From positions 1 to 64,000 of IMG/VR virus record IMGVR_UViG_3300028392_000029: a stretch of DNA of 64,000 nt, one strand, 5' to 3'. Under the pieces are notes generated by a model, which ran no database searches, was not told the DNA's origin, and worked only from the letters and a program-made list of their open reading frames with translations. Within the stretch, counting starts at the first letter, position 1, and every line of letters starts with the position of its first letter. The translations under genes were made by a program, and so were the position numbers. Shown here piece after piece: positions 25,405 to 35,753 of this stretch.

Positions 25405-26397
25405 TTATGCTTTTTGACGGTTACGAATCATTGCCAAGATGTCTTGGGCACGTGAGTCACCACCTTCACTTGCTTCAGCTTTTGGTGCCGGAGCAGGAGT
25501 AGCTTTTACCGCTGGTGTAGGATCTACATCAAACGGTGCATCATCACTTGCTGTCGGAGCAGGTGCTGATTTAGGAGTTGCTGACTTTTGTGGATCGCCA
25601 GTGTTCTGGCTCATACCCGCTGGTTTGAAGTATTGTCCCCAACGTTCCATATCATATGGCTCGCCGTCAACTGAAGCTTCAAACATCTCTTTCATGACTT
25701 TGAGCTCTACTTCGCTTGGCTTCTTAGGCAAAAAGTCATTTAGATTAAACAGCCCGTGTTCTTTAATAGCCGCTTGTTCTTGATCGTTTAGCGGACGCTC
25801 ACGACGTGCCCAGCTTGAAGTTGAGTAGTCAGCATACCCGCCTTTTGAACCTTTCTTCATACGATAGTCTAAGCCATGCACAAAGTCAGTTGGCAAATCT
25901 TCCAACTCTGGGTCTACCAAAGCGGCACGAATGCTTGTAAAGATTTGAGGGCCAATAATGAAACGGCGGATTGGATTTGTTGCTGTTTCTTTTTCCTTCA
26001 GGCCGTCTTCAACGACAAAACCTTGGAAAATGTAACTACGTTTCTTCCAATACTTACGACCCATATCTTCTAGTGCTGGGTCTTTAAACCATGCACGTAC
26101 TTCAGATAGGATTGGGCAAGTATCGCCATACATTTCTACGCATGGCACTTGAACGATAGTTTGTTTGCTTTCTGATTCACCTTTGATTCCGGCGAATGGC
26201 AATTTGATCATTGCACGTTCTACCCAGAAAAATGTGTTATCGGCGTTACCATCTGGTAAGAATCGCAGTACGGATTCGTCGCCTTCTTTTAGATTCCAGA
26301 ACGGATAAATGGAATTGTCTCCACCTGTTCTGTTATTGTCTGAACCTTTCGATTCTGCTGCCTTAAGTTTTGCTCTGATTTCTGCTAAAGATGCCAT
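25405..26397 (-). CDS. single-stranded DNA-binding protein (gp32-like)
   Basis: LRFLPDG, CPI, GYADYSTS motifs; acidic/Pro tail; next to UvsX. Confidence 0.85.
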   Translation of the reverse strand: MASLAEIRAKLKAAESKGSDNNRTGGDNSIYPFWNLKEGDESVLRFLPDGNADNTFFWVERAMIKLPFAGIKGESESKQTIVQVPCVEMYGDTCPILSEVRAWFKDPALEDMGRKYWKKRSYIFQGFVVEDGLKEKETATNPIRRFIIGPQIFTSIRAALVDPELEDLPTDFVHGLDYRMKKGSKGGYADYSTSSWARRERPLNDQEQAAIKEHGLFNLNDFLPKKPSEVELKVMKEMFEASVDGEPYDMERWGQYFKPAGMSQNTGDPQKSATPKSAPAPTASDDAPFDVDPTPAVKATPAPAPKAEASEGGDSRAQDILAMIRNRQKA

Positions 26398-26493
26398 GTT
26401 AGTTCTCCTATTAATAGCCTTTGTGTTTGCATTTCTGCTTTTATTTGCCTATATTCCTTTAAGATCTACTTAAAGAAAAAGCGCATACATGTT

Positions 26494-26522
26494 ATTGTAT
26501 ACGCTTTTATTTATCAGAGCAA
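26494..26522 (-). promoter_or_regulatory. promoter for SSB (sigma70-like with embedded TAAATA)
   Basis: TTGCTC-N17-TACAAT; spacer contains TAAATA. Confidence 0.55.
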
Positions 26523-26558
26523 GAGAAATCTTGCTTAAATGTGAGTATATTTTGCCAA

Positions 26559-27506
26559 TTAGCCTCTTGCCAGGCGGATAATACGAGCTAAACTTTCTTC
26601 TTGTCCAAATACTACATGTTCGCTAACTGGAGCATTAGGGACTGCCTTTCTCATTCTAGCAAGAATGATCGGATCAGTTTTATCAGCGCCGCCGAGCCAT
26701 TTTAATTGTTCCGGAGTAGCTGCCGGGCCTCCATCGGCCATCTTAGCCGCCGCAGGGGCTGCCGCAGGGGCTGCCGCTGGTGCTGCCGCTGGTGCTGCCG
26801 CTGGTGCTGCCGCTGGTGCTGCCGCTGGTGTAGCTTTTCCGCCGTTAGGTAATGGCTTGCCGTCTGGACCTAATACGCCAGTCACTCCAGCCGCATTAGT
26901 TACCATAGTATTGCCGTCATCATCTGTCATTGTAGTTGCGGCAGGGGCTGCCGCAGGTGCCGCAACAGCATTTTTATTAAACTGTGACATATCGTTTTCT
27001 GGGGTATCCGGTTCAGTCATTCCTTGAGCGGCGGCCGCTGGTGCCGCTGGTGCTGCCGCCGCAAACTGTTTCTGAGCCGCTTGTGTAGCAGGTCCCATGA
27101 TACCGTCAGCTTTGATTTTTGCACCCTTAGCAATTAAGTCTTGTTGAATTTTCATAACAGCTGGATCTGGTTTCGCCGCTGGTTTCGCAGGAGTTGCTCC
27201 TTGCCCGCCTGCTGCCGGTTTGCCGGCGTATGCTTGTTGAGCACCTTGCGCTACACCACCAGCAAAGTTTTTAACACCTTGCACAGCACTACTAGCCGCA
27301 TTACTAACAGCATTGCCAACTGCACCGGCGGCATTGCCAACTGCATTTACAGCCTGCTTACCATAGTTACCAACTGTGCCGGCAATATTACCGATTGTCT
27401 GGCCAACTGACTGTGCATCTTCATTTTGTTGTTCAACAATAGACATGTACTCACGTAAACCGTTTACACGATTTTTTAATTCTGTTTCATTGATCATTTT
27501 TTTCAT
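26559..27506 (-). CDS. Ala/Pro-rich protein with peptidoglycan-binding-like domain, putative internal head protein
   Basis: VMKIQQDL..G..ADGIMGPATQAA PGBD-like motif; PAAA repeats. Confidence 0.7.
   Translation of the reverse strand: MKKMINETELKNRVNGLREYMSIVEQQNEDAQSVGQTIGNIAGTVGNYGKQAVNAVGNAAGAVGNAVSNAASSAVQGVKNFAGGVAQGAQQAYAGKPAAGGQGATPAKPAAKPDPAVMKIQQDLIAKGAKIKADGIMGPATQAAQKQFAAAAPAAPAAAAQGMTEPDTPENDMSQFNKNAVAAPAAAPAATTMTDDDGNTMVTNAAGVTGVLGPDGKPLPNGGKATPAAAPAAAPAAAPAAAPAAAPAAAPAAAKMADGGPAATPEQLKWLGGADKTDPIILARMRKAVPNAPVSEHVVFGQEESLARIIRLARG
26749..26830. repeat. 12-bp tandem repeat encoding (PAAA)n
   Basis: GCTGCCGCTGGT / GCTGCCGCAGGG units, about 7 copies. Confidence 0.85.
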
Positions 27507-27515
27507 AATAATTCC

Positions 27516-30419
27516 TTATCTTAATCCTGCAATTTTTAGCATAGCTGTTAGTTCAGCATCTTCGTTCATTCCAGGCATGTTCATGCCCTTCATCATTGAT
27601 CCCATATCCGGCATTCCGCCTTGACCTGCGCCTTTCGGTATCTTACTCATTATGCCATTCATCATATCTTTTGGATTCATGGTAGCGCCAGGCATGCTCA
27701 CTGTTTGGTTGGGCATATTTCCAGCCATTTTGCCCATCTTTCCGTGCAACTTCTGGAACATAGCCTGTGGGTTTGAAAAGTCCATCTCGTCTTCGGTATC
27801 GTCATCACCCATAGCCGGCAATTTAAATTTCATACCTTTAGCTTTGGCCATTGCATCATCATAGCTAGCAGGCTTACCATCTATGGTACCTGTACTTGTA
27901 TGATTTTGTGTAACAGTTGCTCCTGGATTATCTTTTTGGAATTGTTGTAGCAATGCTCCTGGATTAGCACCCTGGTGATTTTGCATGAACTGTTGCATTA
28001 GTGCATTAAAGTCTCTAGTATCATCTTGCCCAGCTTCGTCAATTTCGTGTTCATGATGTACGCCAGCTAAATGTGTAATATGATTGATTTCTGGATGTAC
28101 ATCACTGCTTGGATCCATTTTTTCAATCATGTCGATTACATGTTTAACATGCTCGGGCTCTGCCCCTGGAAATGCTCCATCTTTAAAATCTTTTAATACT
28201 TTGATCTTAGTGCGTGTTCCGCCTAGTGTAAAGTTCTTTTCTTGTGGATTCCAAAATCCACTGATTGATTTCAGGATCTCGTGTGTCGGGTCTTCGTGTT
28301 CTTGTTTTTCGAATCCAAAATCATCTGGGCTCATTCCGCACTCTTCAATACAATCGTGTAAGGTCATTTCTTTATGACCAAAATCTAATTTAGTATCTAG
28401 TTTTGCACCTGCTTTCTTAGCATTATGGATTGCTTTGATCATTCCAGACTTAGCCAAGTGTTTAGCTTGGCTGTGTCCAGTGTGGGTAGCACCGCTTTTA
28501 TCCGTAATATTGCCTTTGGCTTTTGTGTAAGGACCGTCGAACGGTGGTTCTTCATCTTGTCCTTCTGCAACCGGTGCCGGTGGAGCATCTGGTGGAGGAG
28601 GAGCACCTGCTGCCGCATCTGGGGCTGGTGGAGGAGGAGCACCTGCTGCCGCATCTGGGGCTGGTGGAGGAGGAGCACCTGCTGCCGCATCTGGGGCTGG
28701 TGCTGGTGCAGTATCTGCACCGCCAACTTGTCCGTCACCGCTGAAATCTAATTGGTTTTCAAGTCCTGGGTCACGCTGTAATACATATTGTTGTATCATT
28801 GCTCGTGCATCTAAATCTGGATCTAGTTCTTTAAACATACTTAAAAATTCTGGATCGTCAATAATGTGCTTGTTAGTTAAACTACCTATAACATCGTCAC
28901 CATTTGTGCCAACTTTTAATTCAGCACCCATGATACCATTTAGGTCATCAATCGCTTGCTTTTGAACTGTTAAGTTATCGCTAAACAAATTATCGCGTTC
29001 TTCTGATTCGTCGTCTTCATTTACTATGCTATCCATGAAGTTTTCAAATGCATTCATAGGATCATAACTTTCGCGCTCCATACGGTCGTCAAATTCTTGA
29101 CGGCGAGCTTCGTCTCGTTCTTCAGCGTGTTTTAACATTGCTTTTGCACGCTCGTCACCGGCTTCTGCTTTCTTTTTAAGTTCTGCTCTTTGATGAGCTT
29201 TTAAATCTCGTGCGTGTGTTGCGGCTACTGAGTTTGGATTGTAACTGTCTTTTAAATTGCCCTCTTTTTCTGCACGGTTCAATATATCGTAACGATCTTT
29301 GAAACCTTTAGTTCCAGGTTTGATATTTGCGGCATCTGCCTTATCACCGTAGCTAGCTTTCTTTAAATGCTTTAATGTTGTCTTAGCTTGATGACTGTGA
29401 GGAGTACCCTCTGTATCGTCTTCACCAAGAATATCTTCAGGATTCAATCCTTTAACTGGAATAGATGTTTCGTCTACTAGTCGAAAAATATATGGAAATG
29501 CTGTTTTTAATTCTTCATTGAATGTGCGAATTGTTAGTCGATCAATCCAGTCACTCATAATGTCTTCTGGAATCATTTGATCTTCACGATCCTCAAATGC
29601 TTCGGCAAATTGTTCGTAGTATGATTTACGAGAAAGACTTGCTACTTCTTTTTTAACCTGTTCAATACGCTCGAATACCTTGGTTGTAATGTCGCCCATT
29701 GCTTCTGCTAATGTTTCATTACGACTAACATAACCTTTGAATTTACGTAACTGAGCTAATTCTTCTGATAAACTTGTAATGTGTTTGCCAATACTGTCGT
29801 ATGGAATTCCGCCGTGTTTCAAATGTTCTGCTAGAGCACGAGCACCACTTAGATGTTTGAAAGGATATTTAAAGCGTTCACCTTGAGCGTTTTCAACGTA
29901 AATTGCTTCGATGTGTTGTGTACGTCCTGCGGCTAAATCTGTATTAACAGGTTGGCTGTGTTTGACTACAAGCCTTGCCTCGCCTAAGTCTTGGTAACTG
30001 ATCTTAGCAGTACCGTACATTTTACTTTCCATCATAGGTTCTTCCTTGGATTTGGTCTGGAAATGATAATCTCTTTTATCTAAATTATTCTTCCCTATAT
30101 TTATCTCATCATAATTTAACAATCTTGATCGAGCAAAATCTCTCAAAGAACGTATAAATTTAAAAGCCTTGGGATGTCTAGAGTCAACTAGATCTCCGCT
30201 TAATTGTACAAACACGCCCTTCTTTTGGCTAAGTGTAATAGTAACTGTGCCTAGTACTTCGCCGTGATCTTTGTATTCAAACTCAAAGAATCTTGCGTTG
30301 GGTATATCTTCTTCGCGACTAAGTATTTTCCCCTCTTCATCACCAAAGGTAACGTCAGAAAATCTAGTACGGATTTTACCGTATAGTTCTTGCGCGATTT
30401 TGTCTAAGTTAATGTCCAT
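27516..30419 (-). CDS. large acidic protein, putative head/core (scaffold-associated) protein
   Basis: About 967 aa; many [ILVM]xE sites; C-terminal MLKIAGL; directly downstream of terminase. Confidence 0.7.
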   Translation of the reverse strand: MDINLDKIAQELYGKIRTRFSDVTFGDEEGKILSREEDIPNARFFEFEYKDHGEVLGTVTITLSQKKGVFVQLSGDLVDSRHPKAFKFIRSLRDFARSRLLNYDEINIGKNNLDKRDYHFQTKSKEEPMMESKMYGTAKISYQDLGEARLVVKHSQPVNTDLAAGRTQHIEAIYVENAQGERFKYPFKHLSGARALAEHLKHGGIPYDSIGKHITSLSEELAQLRKFKGYVSRNETLAEAMGDITTKVFERIEQVKKEVASLSRKSYYEQFAEAFEDREDQMIPEDIMSDWIDRLTIRTFNEELKTAFPYIFRLVDETSIPVKGLNPEDILGEDDTEGTPHSHQAKTTLKHLKKASYGDKADAANIKPGTKGFKDRYDILNRAEKEGNLKDSYNPNSVAATHARDLKAHQRAELKKKAEAGDERAKAMLKHAEERDEARRQEFDDRMERESYDPMNAFENFMDSIVNEDDESEERDNLFSDNLTVQKQAIDDLNGIMGAELKVGTNGDDVIGSLTNKHIIDDPEFLSMFKELDPDLDARAMIQQYVLQRDPGLENQLDFSGDGQVGGADTAPAPAPDAAAGAPPPPAPDAAAGAPPPPAPDAAAGAPPPPDAPPAPVAEGQDEEPPFDGPYTKAKGNITDKSGATHTGHSQAKHLAKSGMIKAIHNAKKAGAKLDTKLDFGHKEMTLHDCIEECGMSPDDFGFEKQEHEDPTHEILKSISGFWNPQEKNFTLGGTRTKIKVLKDFKDGAFPGAEPEHVKHVIDMIEKMDPSSDVHPEINHITHLAGVHHEHEIDEAGQDDTRDFNALMQQFMQNHQGANPGALLQQFQKDNPGATVTQNHTSTGTIDGKPASYDDAMAKAKGMKFKLPAMGDDDTEDEMDFSNPQAMFQKLHGKMGKMAGNMPNQTVSMPGATMNPKDMMNGIMSKIPKGAGQGGMPDMGSMMKGMNMPGMNEDAELTAMLKIAGLR
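28585..28700. repeat. 36-bp tandem repeat encoding APDAAAGAPPPP
   Basis: GCATCTGGGGCTGGTGGAGGAGGAGCACCTGCTGCC, about 3 copies. Confidence 0.85.
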
Positions 30420-30429
30420 ACTATATTTA

Positions 30430-32025
30430 TTAGATATTACTAGAAATAAATATCGGGAGTGGAGCTTCCCAATCTTCATCTAGATGTGAATTTATGCTGA
30501 GAGTTTCAAACACTCTAGGATCCCACTCTGCTAGTACTACACTCATGCGTACAACTAGCAATAACGCAGAAACTAAGTCATCATGCTGTCCTGTTTTTGC
30601 TTTAAAACTGGTGCCTGCCGCAATAAAACTTTTAAGCTCACTGAGTAAAGGACGACTGTGAATTTTCATCTTATCTTCCTCAATTAAGAACTTTACTCTG
30701 GCGCATGCTGATATTTTATTACCAAATGTAGTGTTAAATCCTTTACGGAATTTACGTACATGCCCTTTTCTCACCGGTTCACTTACAAATAATCCGGGGA
30801 AGTTTTCTTCTCCTAAATCCTTAATCACTACTAGAGCCGCTTCGCCCACAGTGTTGTTTTCACAACTCCAGTAGATACTGTTAGGGTATTCTTGTCCAAT
30901 TTCGTCTTGAATATAGCGCAATAAATCTCTAAATATTTTGACTTGATCTTGTATAATTGTTAAGTTGTGTTGCCATTCTGCTACCTGTATCATGCTGGGT
31001 AATTCAAACACTTCTATGGCAGCATAGTCACCACCTGTGCCTAGGCTAGGATCTAGGGCCGCGGCATAGAGTAATCCGGGTTGAGGTTTTTTATACCAGC
31101 GCACTTGCCCCATACGGAATGCTGGTTCTTTACCCACAAGTTCTGCAAGTTTAATACTGTTAATTAGTGTTTCGTCAAATACTAAAAACTCGCAACCGTA
31201 CTCACGACGGAAACGTTCTTCACCAATACGACCCATCTCAGTTCGCTTCCATTCTTCATCACGATCCGGATGTTCGTGCCATTCAGCACGGAATCCGTGG
31301 AATCCGTTGCGTCCTATACCTTCTTGATTTTCGTTGCCGAACTCATCAAAAAGATCTTTGCTTTCTTTCCAAATAATAGCAAACGTATCTTCGTCACTAT
31401 TAGGAGTTGAAGTGATAATTGCTCGTCCACCAGTTGCTAGTGTTGGTGATATTGAAGTCCAAAATTCTTCAGCAATGTTAGGTTGTACGAAAGCAAACTC
31501 ATCGCAATATAGTAAGGATATGGACATACCACGACCGGTGTTACCAGTAGTAGTAGCTGAAACAATTCTTGATCCGTTCTCAAATTCAATACTCCCTTTG
31601 TTATAGTTAACCACACCTGCACGTATGTAGTCTGGGCATAGTTCGTATCCATAGCGAATACGTTGCATGATTTCTTGTGAGCCTGTATATTTGTGCGCGG
31701 CCACTAGGATAGTTTGATCCGGATGAAACATGGCATACCACAACAAGTATGCTGATGCACAAGTTGTTTTACCACTTTGTCGTGGCAACATGTTTATGTT
31801 GAATCGATAATCGTGATAAGAATTTAATAACCCTACTTGATAGTCATACGGCTGAAACAGCATCTTGCCTTTAACAGGATGCTGAATATAAAAGAAGGTT
31901 TTAGCAAAGTGCAGATACCCTGTAGTAGGATCTGAGCAGGCTAATAAGTGCTGAACTTGTTCTTCAGTAAATGATTCTTTGGTGTGCGCTTTTTTGGTTA
32001 AGACGCCGTCTAGTGATTTTGCCAT
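30430..32025 (-). CDS. terL: terminase large subunit (gp17-like)
   Basis: PRQSGKT, LYCDEFAF, ITSTPN, ALDPS, HDDLV motifs. Confidence 0.93.
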   Translation of the reverse strand: MAKSLDGVLTKKAHTKESFTEEQVQHLLACSDPTTGYLHFAKTFFYIQHPVKGKMLFQPYDYQVGLLNSYHDYRFNINMLPRQSGKTTCASAYLLWYAMFHPDQTILVAAHKYTGSQEIMQRIRYGYELCPDYIRAGVVNYNKGSIEFENGSRIVSATTTGNTGRGMSISLLYCDEFAFVQPNIAEEFWTSISPTLATGGRAIITSTPNSDEDTFAIIWKESKDLFDEFGNENQEGIGRNGFHGFRAEWHEHPDRDEEWKRTEMGRIGEERFRREYGCEFLVFDETLINSIKLAELVGKEPAFRMGQVRWYKKPQPGLLYAAALDPSLGTGGDYAAIEVFELPSMIQVAEWQHNLTIIQDQVKIFRDLLRYIQDEIGQEYPNSIYWSCENNTVGEAALVVIKDLGEENFPGLFVSEPVRKGHVRKFRKGFNTTFGNKISACARVKFLIEEDKMKIHSRPLLSELKSFIAAGTSFKAKTGQHDDLVSALLLVVRMSVVLAEWDPRVFETLSINSHLDEDWEAPLPIFISSNI

Positions 32026-32039
32026 ATGTTTATTTAATC

Positions 32040-32067
32040 AAAAAAATAGACCCCGGAGGGTCTATTT
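32040..32067 (-). terminator. intrinsic terminator
   Basis: AATAGACCC-TCCG-GGGTCTATT-TTTTT on minus strand. Confidence 0.8.
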
Positions 32068-32081
32068 GGCAAATTTAACCT

Positions 32082-32693
32082 TTATCTGTTTTTAACTTCT
32101 TGATATAATTCGTCTAGGCGACTAACTAATGCTTCTTGTAGTGGGTTCTCGCCGCCGTTTACTTTCAGTCTTTTTACATCGCCCTTGCTGTGCATGTCAG
32201 TACCGTGTTTAGTAATAGCATCAACACCATAGGTAACACGATGGGGTCTATTTCGTACTCGGTCATTCTTGTCAGCATCAATTTTATCGCCGTGCTGTTC
32301 GTCTAACTCGATGTCAAACTCACCGTCTATAGGATGCGGAGCACTGACCACTGCATCATGGTGTTGGTCACCTGCTTCAATACTTCTAATGATGTCCATT
32401 AGGTCTTTGATACCGCCAGCACCGCTACCATTCATGCTGACATTCATAGTAACTGAATCTTCTTGCTTGTGCGGCATACCCATCATACCGCTTGGCATTG
32501 GGCCGCCTAAACTGATCATGCTTTCCTCAGTAGGCGGAGTGTCAGTGTTCTTAGGAGCAACTGGTGGTTGTTGTGGCTCCATCGCACCTAAGCGTTTAGC
32601 TTCTTCTGGACTGCTTGCACCTGATGGATTTGGATGAACTGTTAAGTTCTCGTCTATGGCACGTATCTTTGTATATAATTCAGTGAAATTCAT
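32082..32693 (-). CDS. hypothetical protein, putative internal head protein
   Basis: IDEN, LDEQ and LQEA sites; head-module context. Confidence 0.65.
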   Translation of the reverse strand: MNFTELYTKIRAIDENLTVHPNPSGASSPEEAKRLGAMEPQQPPVAPKNTDTPPTEESMISLGGPMPSGMMGMPHKQEDSVTMNVSMNGSGAGGIKDLMDIIRSIEAGDQHHDAVVSAPHPIDGEFDIELDEQHGDKIDADKNDRVRNRPHRVTYGVDAITKHGTDMHSKGDVKRLKVNGGENPLQEALVSRLDELYQEVKNR

Positions 32694-33358
32694 TTTACTT
32701 TTCCTTTTGCTTTGGCAGCGACATTTAAGCTGTTATGTACGCTGTCAGCGTATGGGGTTAGTTTAACTTTTTTAGTACCTACAGGACTTGTCATTCCTTG
32801 TTTTTCTGTTACTGTTGATTGTTCAGGCTGTTCTTTAGATTTCTTTGCTTTGGGAAACAACGGATCATTAATACCTTTGTACTGCTCAGGAAGATGCTTT
32901 GCCTTGCTTAGATCTTTTAGTAAACTAAACTTTCGTTTTTCTCCAACTAGGTCTTGATGATTTACTTTTTCGTAATCAGTGCCGACAACTGCTTCGCCTG
33001 TTGGTTCATCGTTTTCATGGTTAAGATCAATTTCTGCTTGCTCATGCTCGTTGTGAACTCGAACATCACCTTGCGGAATATTTAATAAGTGTGCTACTTT
33101 TGAAAGTACTTGTTTGCTAGTTGTAGGATAACTAGTAACAGCGTCAAACACTGTTACTGAAATATTCTTGTGTTCTGGAAATTCAATATGTGTTGCTTGG
33201 ATCGGTGAGGATTTTCCGCTTGATACAGATTGCACACCAAACTCTGCAAGAGCGCCTTTGATTTTGCTAGCGCAATCTTTTGGGCAGTCGCAGGCAAGTT
33301 TAATCTTAAATTCGTAGCGTTTTTGATTTTCTGTTAGGTATTGTTTAAATGATTTCAT
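32690..33358 (-). CDS. hypothetical protein with capsid-targeting-like N-terminus
   Basis: MKSFKQYLTE resembles the T4 internal-protein CTS MKTYQEFIAE. Confidence 0.7.
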   Translation of the reverse strand: MKSFKQYLTENQKRYEFKIKLACDCPKDCASKIKGALAEFGVQSVSSGKSSPIQATHIEFPEHKNISVTVFDAVTSYPTTSKQVLSKVAHLLNIPQGDVRVHNEHEQAEIDLNHENDEPTGEAVVGTDYEKVNHQDLVGEKRKFSLLKDLSKAKHLPEQYKGINDPLFPKAKKSKEQPEQSTVTEKQGMTSPVGTKKVKLTPYADSVHNSLNVAAKAKGKVK

Positions 33359-33379
33359 AGTGAATTCCTGATGTAGTAT

Positions 33380-33868
33380 TTATTTTAAATTCTTCAATTT
33401 TTCCAACAAGCTATTACGATCAGTAATAATAACCCCGTCTCCGTGTATGTTAACACTGTCATCTACACCAGCCGCTTCTTGATCTAATTTTTGTTTCTTA
33501 AGCTGTAAATCAATCATTTTTAGCTTTTTATCTAATTTGGCAGTTTTAGCTGTAATAGCATTGCCTAGCATACTAGCGGCTACTTCGAACAAACGACCAC
33601 TATATCTAGCTTCAACATTCATACCTAGATCCATGATGTCATCGTAGGCATCTACAGCTTTTTTAGCCAACTCGTCTAGCTCAGAATCTGCTAAATCCCC
33701 TAGTCCTTTAACAGCTGGTAAGGCAGCGGCGATTTTATCAAATTCACTGATATCGCGCAATAACGGTTGTGCTTGAGCAACCATTTCTTTTTTCTTCTTT
33801 TTTTCTTCTTGCTTGATAACTTCTTTGCTAGAAGGAAGATTTAGTAATTCTTCAAGTTTCTTGGTCAT
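33380..33868 (-). CDS. possible terminase small subunit
   Basis: Helical; GRLFEVAASML resembles the PRAYEV motif of T4-like TerS; near TerL. Confidence 0.5.
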   Translation of the reverse strand: MTKKLEELLNLPSSKEVIKQEEKKKKKEMVAQAQPLLRDISEFDKIAAALPAVKGLGDLADSELDELAKKAVDAYDDIMDLGMNVEARYSGRLFEVAASMLGNAITAKTAKLDKKLKMIDLQLKKQKLDQEAAGVDDSVNIHGDGVIITDRNSLLEKLKNLK

Positions 33869-33882
33869 AACACTACTTATGC

Positions 33883-34311
33883 TTATGTTTGAGTGAATAT
33901 ATCATTTTCATTAAGTATACGGAATCTAATACCTTGCTGTCTGCACCAAATATTAGCACTGGCCCATTTGGCTTGATTTTTAACAAATTGTGCTTGATTA
34001 TACTTGTTTTTACCCACACGCTCTAATATAGTTTGACTAGCTGGTTTTATCTCAACTAGTTCAACTATTAATTTGTTGTGTTTATCTAGGTACTGGATAA
34101 AGAAATCGGGGACATACACCGTTTGTTTACCAGTTAACGGATCGCGATATGGTATCTGGATTGCTTCGCTAGCCCATTTATGTACTCGATCGTTTTCATC
34201 ACAAAATCGCATAAATGTCCACTCCCATGAACTTCGATATGTTGGAATTTTTGTTCCAACATACTTCTCGGGATGGCGCATGACGAATTTACCTCGAGCA
34301 AATTTAGCCAT
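33883..34311 (-). CDS. head completion nuclease (gp4-like, TnsA-type PD-(D/E)xK)
   Basis: KYVG, YRSSWE, WASE, YVPDF, VEIKP, NQAKW. Confidence 0.88.
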   Translation of the reverse strand: MAKFARGKFVMRHPEKYVGTKIPTYRSSWEWTFMRFCDENDRVHKWASEAIQIPYRDPLTGKQTVYVPDFFIQYLDKHNKLIVELVEIKPASQTILERVGKNKYNQAQFVKNQAKWASANIWCRQQGIRFRILNENDIFTQT

Positions 34312-34312
34312 G

Positions 34313-34684
34313 TTAGATTAGAATATTACGTGCTTCGTAACTATTTTCAACAGTTGATACTTTATAGCCTAAGATGCTTGTTTTTTCTCTATACCCATTT
34401 AAAATTTGAGCTACTACCTGCCCTAGTTGTACATCAGTAAGAGATTTCAACATATCTAGTAATTGGAATACTGATACTCCGTCGATTCTTGCTTGATTCA
34501 ATAATACAATAGTTGTACTGGCGGCACTGGAATGATCAAAACCTCTTTTAGTAAAAAATGCAACCGTGCTGTCAATTTCATTTGCTGGGAAACTAACTGG
34601 TGCAACAAAATAGTTGTCAAAAAATGTTTTTACATCTTGAACATTTGTATTTTCTTTTGTAGGAAGGTTTGTAATGATACTCAT
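34313..34684 (-). CDS. hypothetical virion-module protein
   Basis: ORF within operon. Confidence 0.65.
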   Translation of the reverse strand: MSIITNLPTKENTNVQDVKTFFDNYFVAPVSFPANEIDSTVAFFTKRGFDHSSAASTTIVLLNQARIDGVSVFQLLDMLKSLTDVQLGQVVAQILNGYREKTSILGYKVSTVENSYEARNILI

Positions 34685-34685
34685 A

Positions 34686-35678
34686 TTATGCTCCTAGTTT
34701 TGTAGGTGTAGCTACTGTTGTATTCGTAGCATTATTTGCCACCGGAAACACTACACCCGGTACTCCGCCTATAGTTTGCGGTAAGACCCCTCTTGACAAA
34801 CCGACAGTGCCAGCCTGGGGAGGAACTTTTGAGTTCTGATACCTATTTACGCTATTGATTGCATTATTAAGGGTCGACACTGCTACACTAGTCGAATTTA
34901 GATTATCAACAAAACTTGGATGTATAGTAGTAGGGTCGGGATTAATACCCTGTAGCGGTGACGGATTCACATCATAATGTTCTATACCAAATCCTTCGGG
35001 TGCTCCGGCTGAAACTACACCATTGCCATACGTTACAGTTTCGTAGGCAAGTTGCATGGTAAAATCATGTGTAGTAGATTTAGCATAATCTAAATTGTTG
35101 CCATTCCAAGTTTTGATTATGGGGTTGATTAATTTAATACTGATATACTCATGTCGAGCCATCTGATAAATTGTAATATAATTAAAAAAGGGGTTTGTAC
35201 TTTTATTATCTAAGCCATACGGTGTGGTAATAAAATTACTGCTTCGAGTGGCGTTTCTATTGTAAGCGCCTGCTTGTGTTGCACTGGTTGGGTCGGCATA
35301 ATAATACGTGTAATAATTCTGCCATAGTTGATTAATCAACCCCATGTTGTCGTCGTGAAATGCAATGGTAACGTCTTCAGCATTGATGTGGGTTTGTATA
35401 TTCTTTTTTCTATTGTACTGATTAGCAGAATCAAGAGTAACTGTAAATTTAGGTAATGTTACATTCTTAACCAACATATTAATTTCGTTAGAGTATCGTT
35501 GCGCAAGTTCGGCATTTTTCAATGCGGCTTTGTTAATACTGAACGCTACATGGAACTGAAAGTCAAATTTAGGTGCCAGCCTAAACTGATTATCAGAAAA
35601 CATCCTGGCGGCATGTTGCCAGTCACGTAGATTGGTTGTAGTGTTGCTAGTTAGATTGTTGTTTGCAGTAAAGGCCAT
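34686..35678 (-). CDS. tail-tube-like / baseplate tube initiator protein
   Basis: Tube-fold pattern (LVKNVTLP, YNRK, FHDD, LDY..FTMQLAYE); follows tube gene. Confidence 0.6.
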   Translation of the reverse strand: MAFTANNNLTSNTTTNLRDWQHAARMFSDNQFRLAPKFDFQFHVAFSINKAALKNAELAQRYSNEINMLVKNVTLPKFTVTLDSANQYNRKKNIQTHINAEDVTIAFHDDNMGLINQLWQNYYTYYYADPTSATQAGAYNRNATRSSNFITTPYGLDNKSTNPFFNYITIYQMARHEYISIKLINPIIKTWNGNNLDYAKSTTHDFTMQLAYETVTYGNGVVSAGAPEGFGIEHYDVNPSPLQGINPDPTTIHPSFVDNLNSTSVAVSTLNNAINSVNRYQNSKVPPQAGTVGLSRGVLPQTIGGVPGVVFPVANNATNTTVATPTKLGA

Positions 35679-35727
35679 AACAATATTTATTAAAAAAATA
35701 AACTACGCATATTATGAATACCTATAA

Positions 35728-35752
35728 TAAAACCCACCGAAGTGGGTTTATT
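35728..35752 (-). terminator. intrinsic terminator after tail tube gene
   Basis: AAACCCAC-TTCG-GTGGGTTT(TA) on minus strand. Confidence 0.75.
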
Positions 35753-35753
35753 A

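Noticed and set aside
12914-32025. Inteins or introns in helicase, UvsX or terminase
   Set aside because: ORFs are continuous and normal-sized, with no splicing motifs or embedded homing endonuclease.
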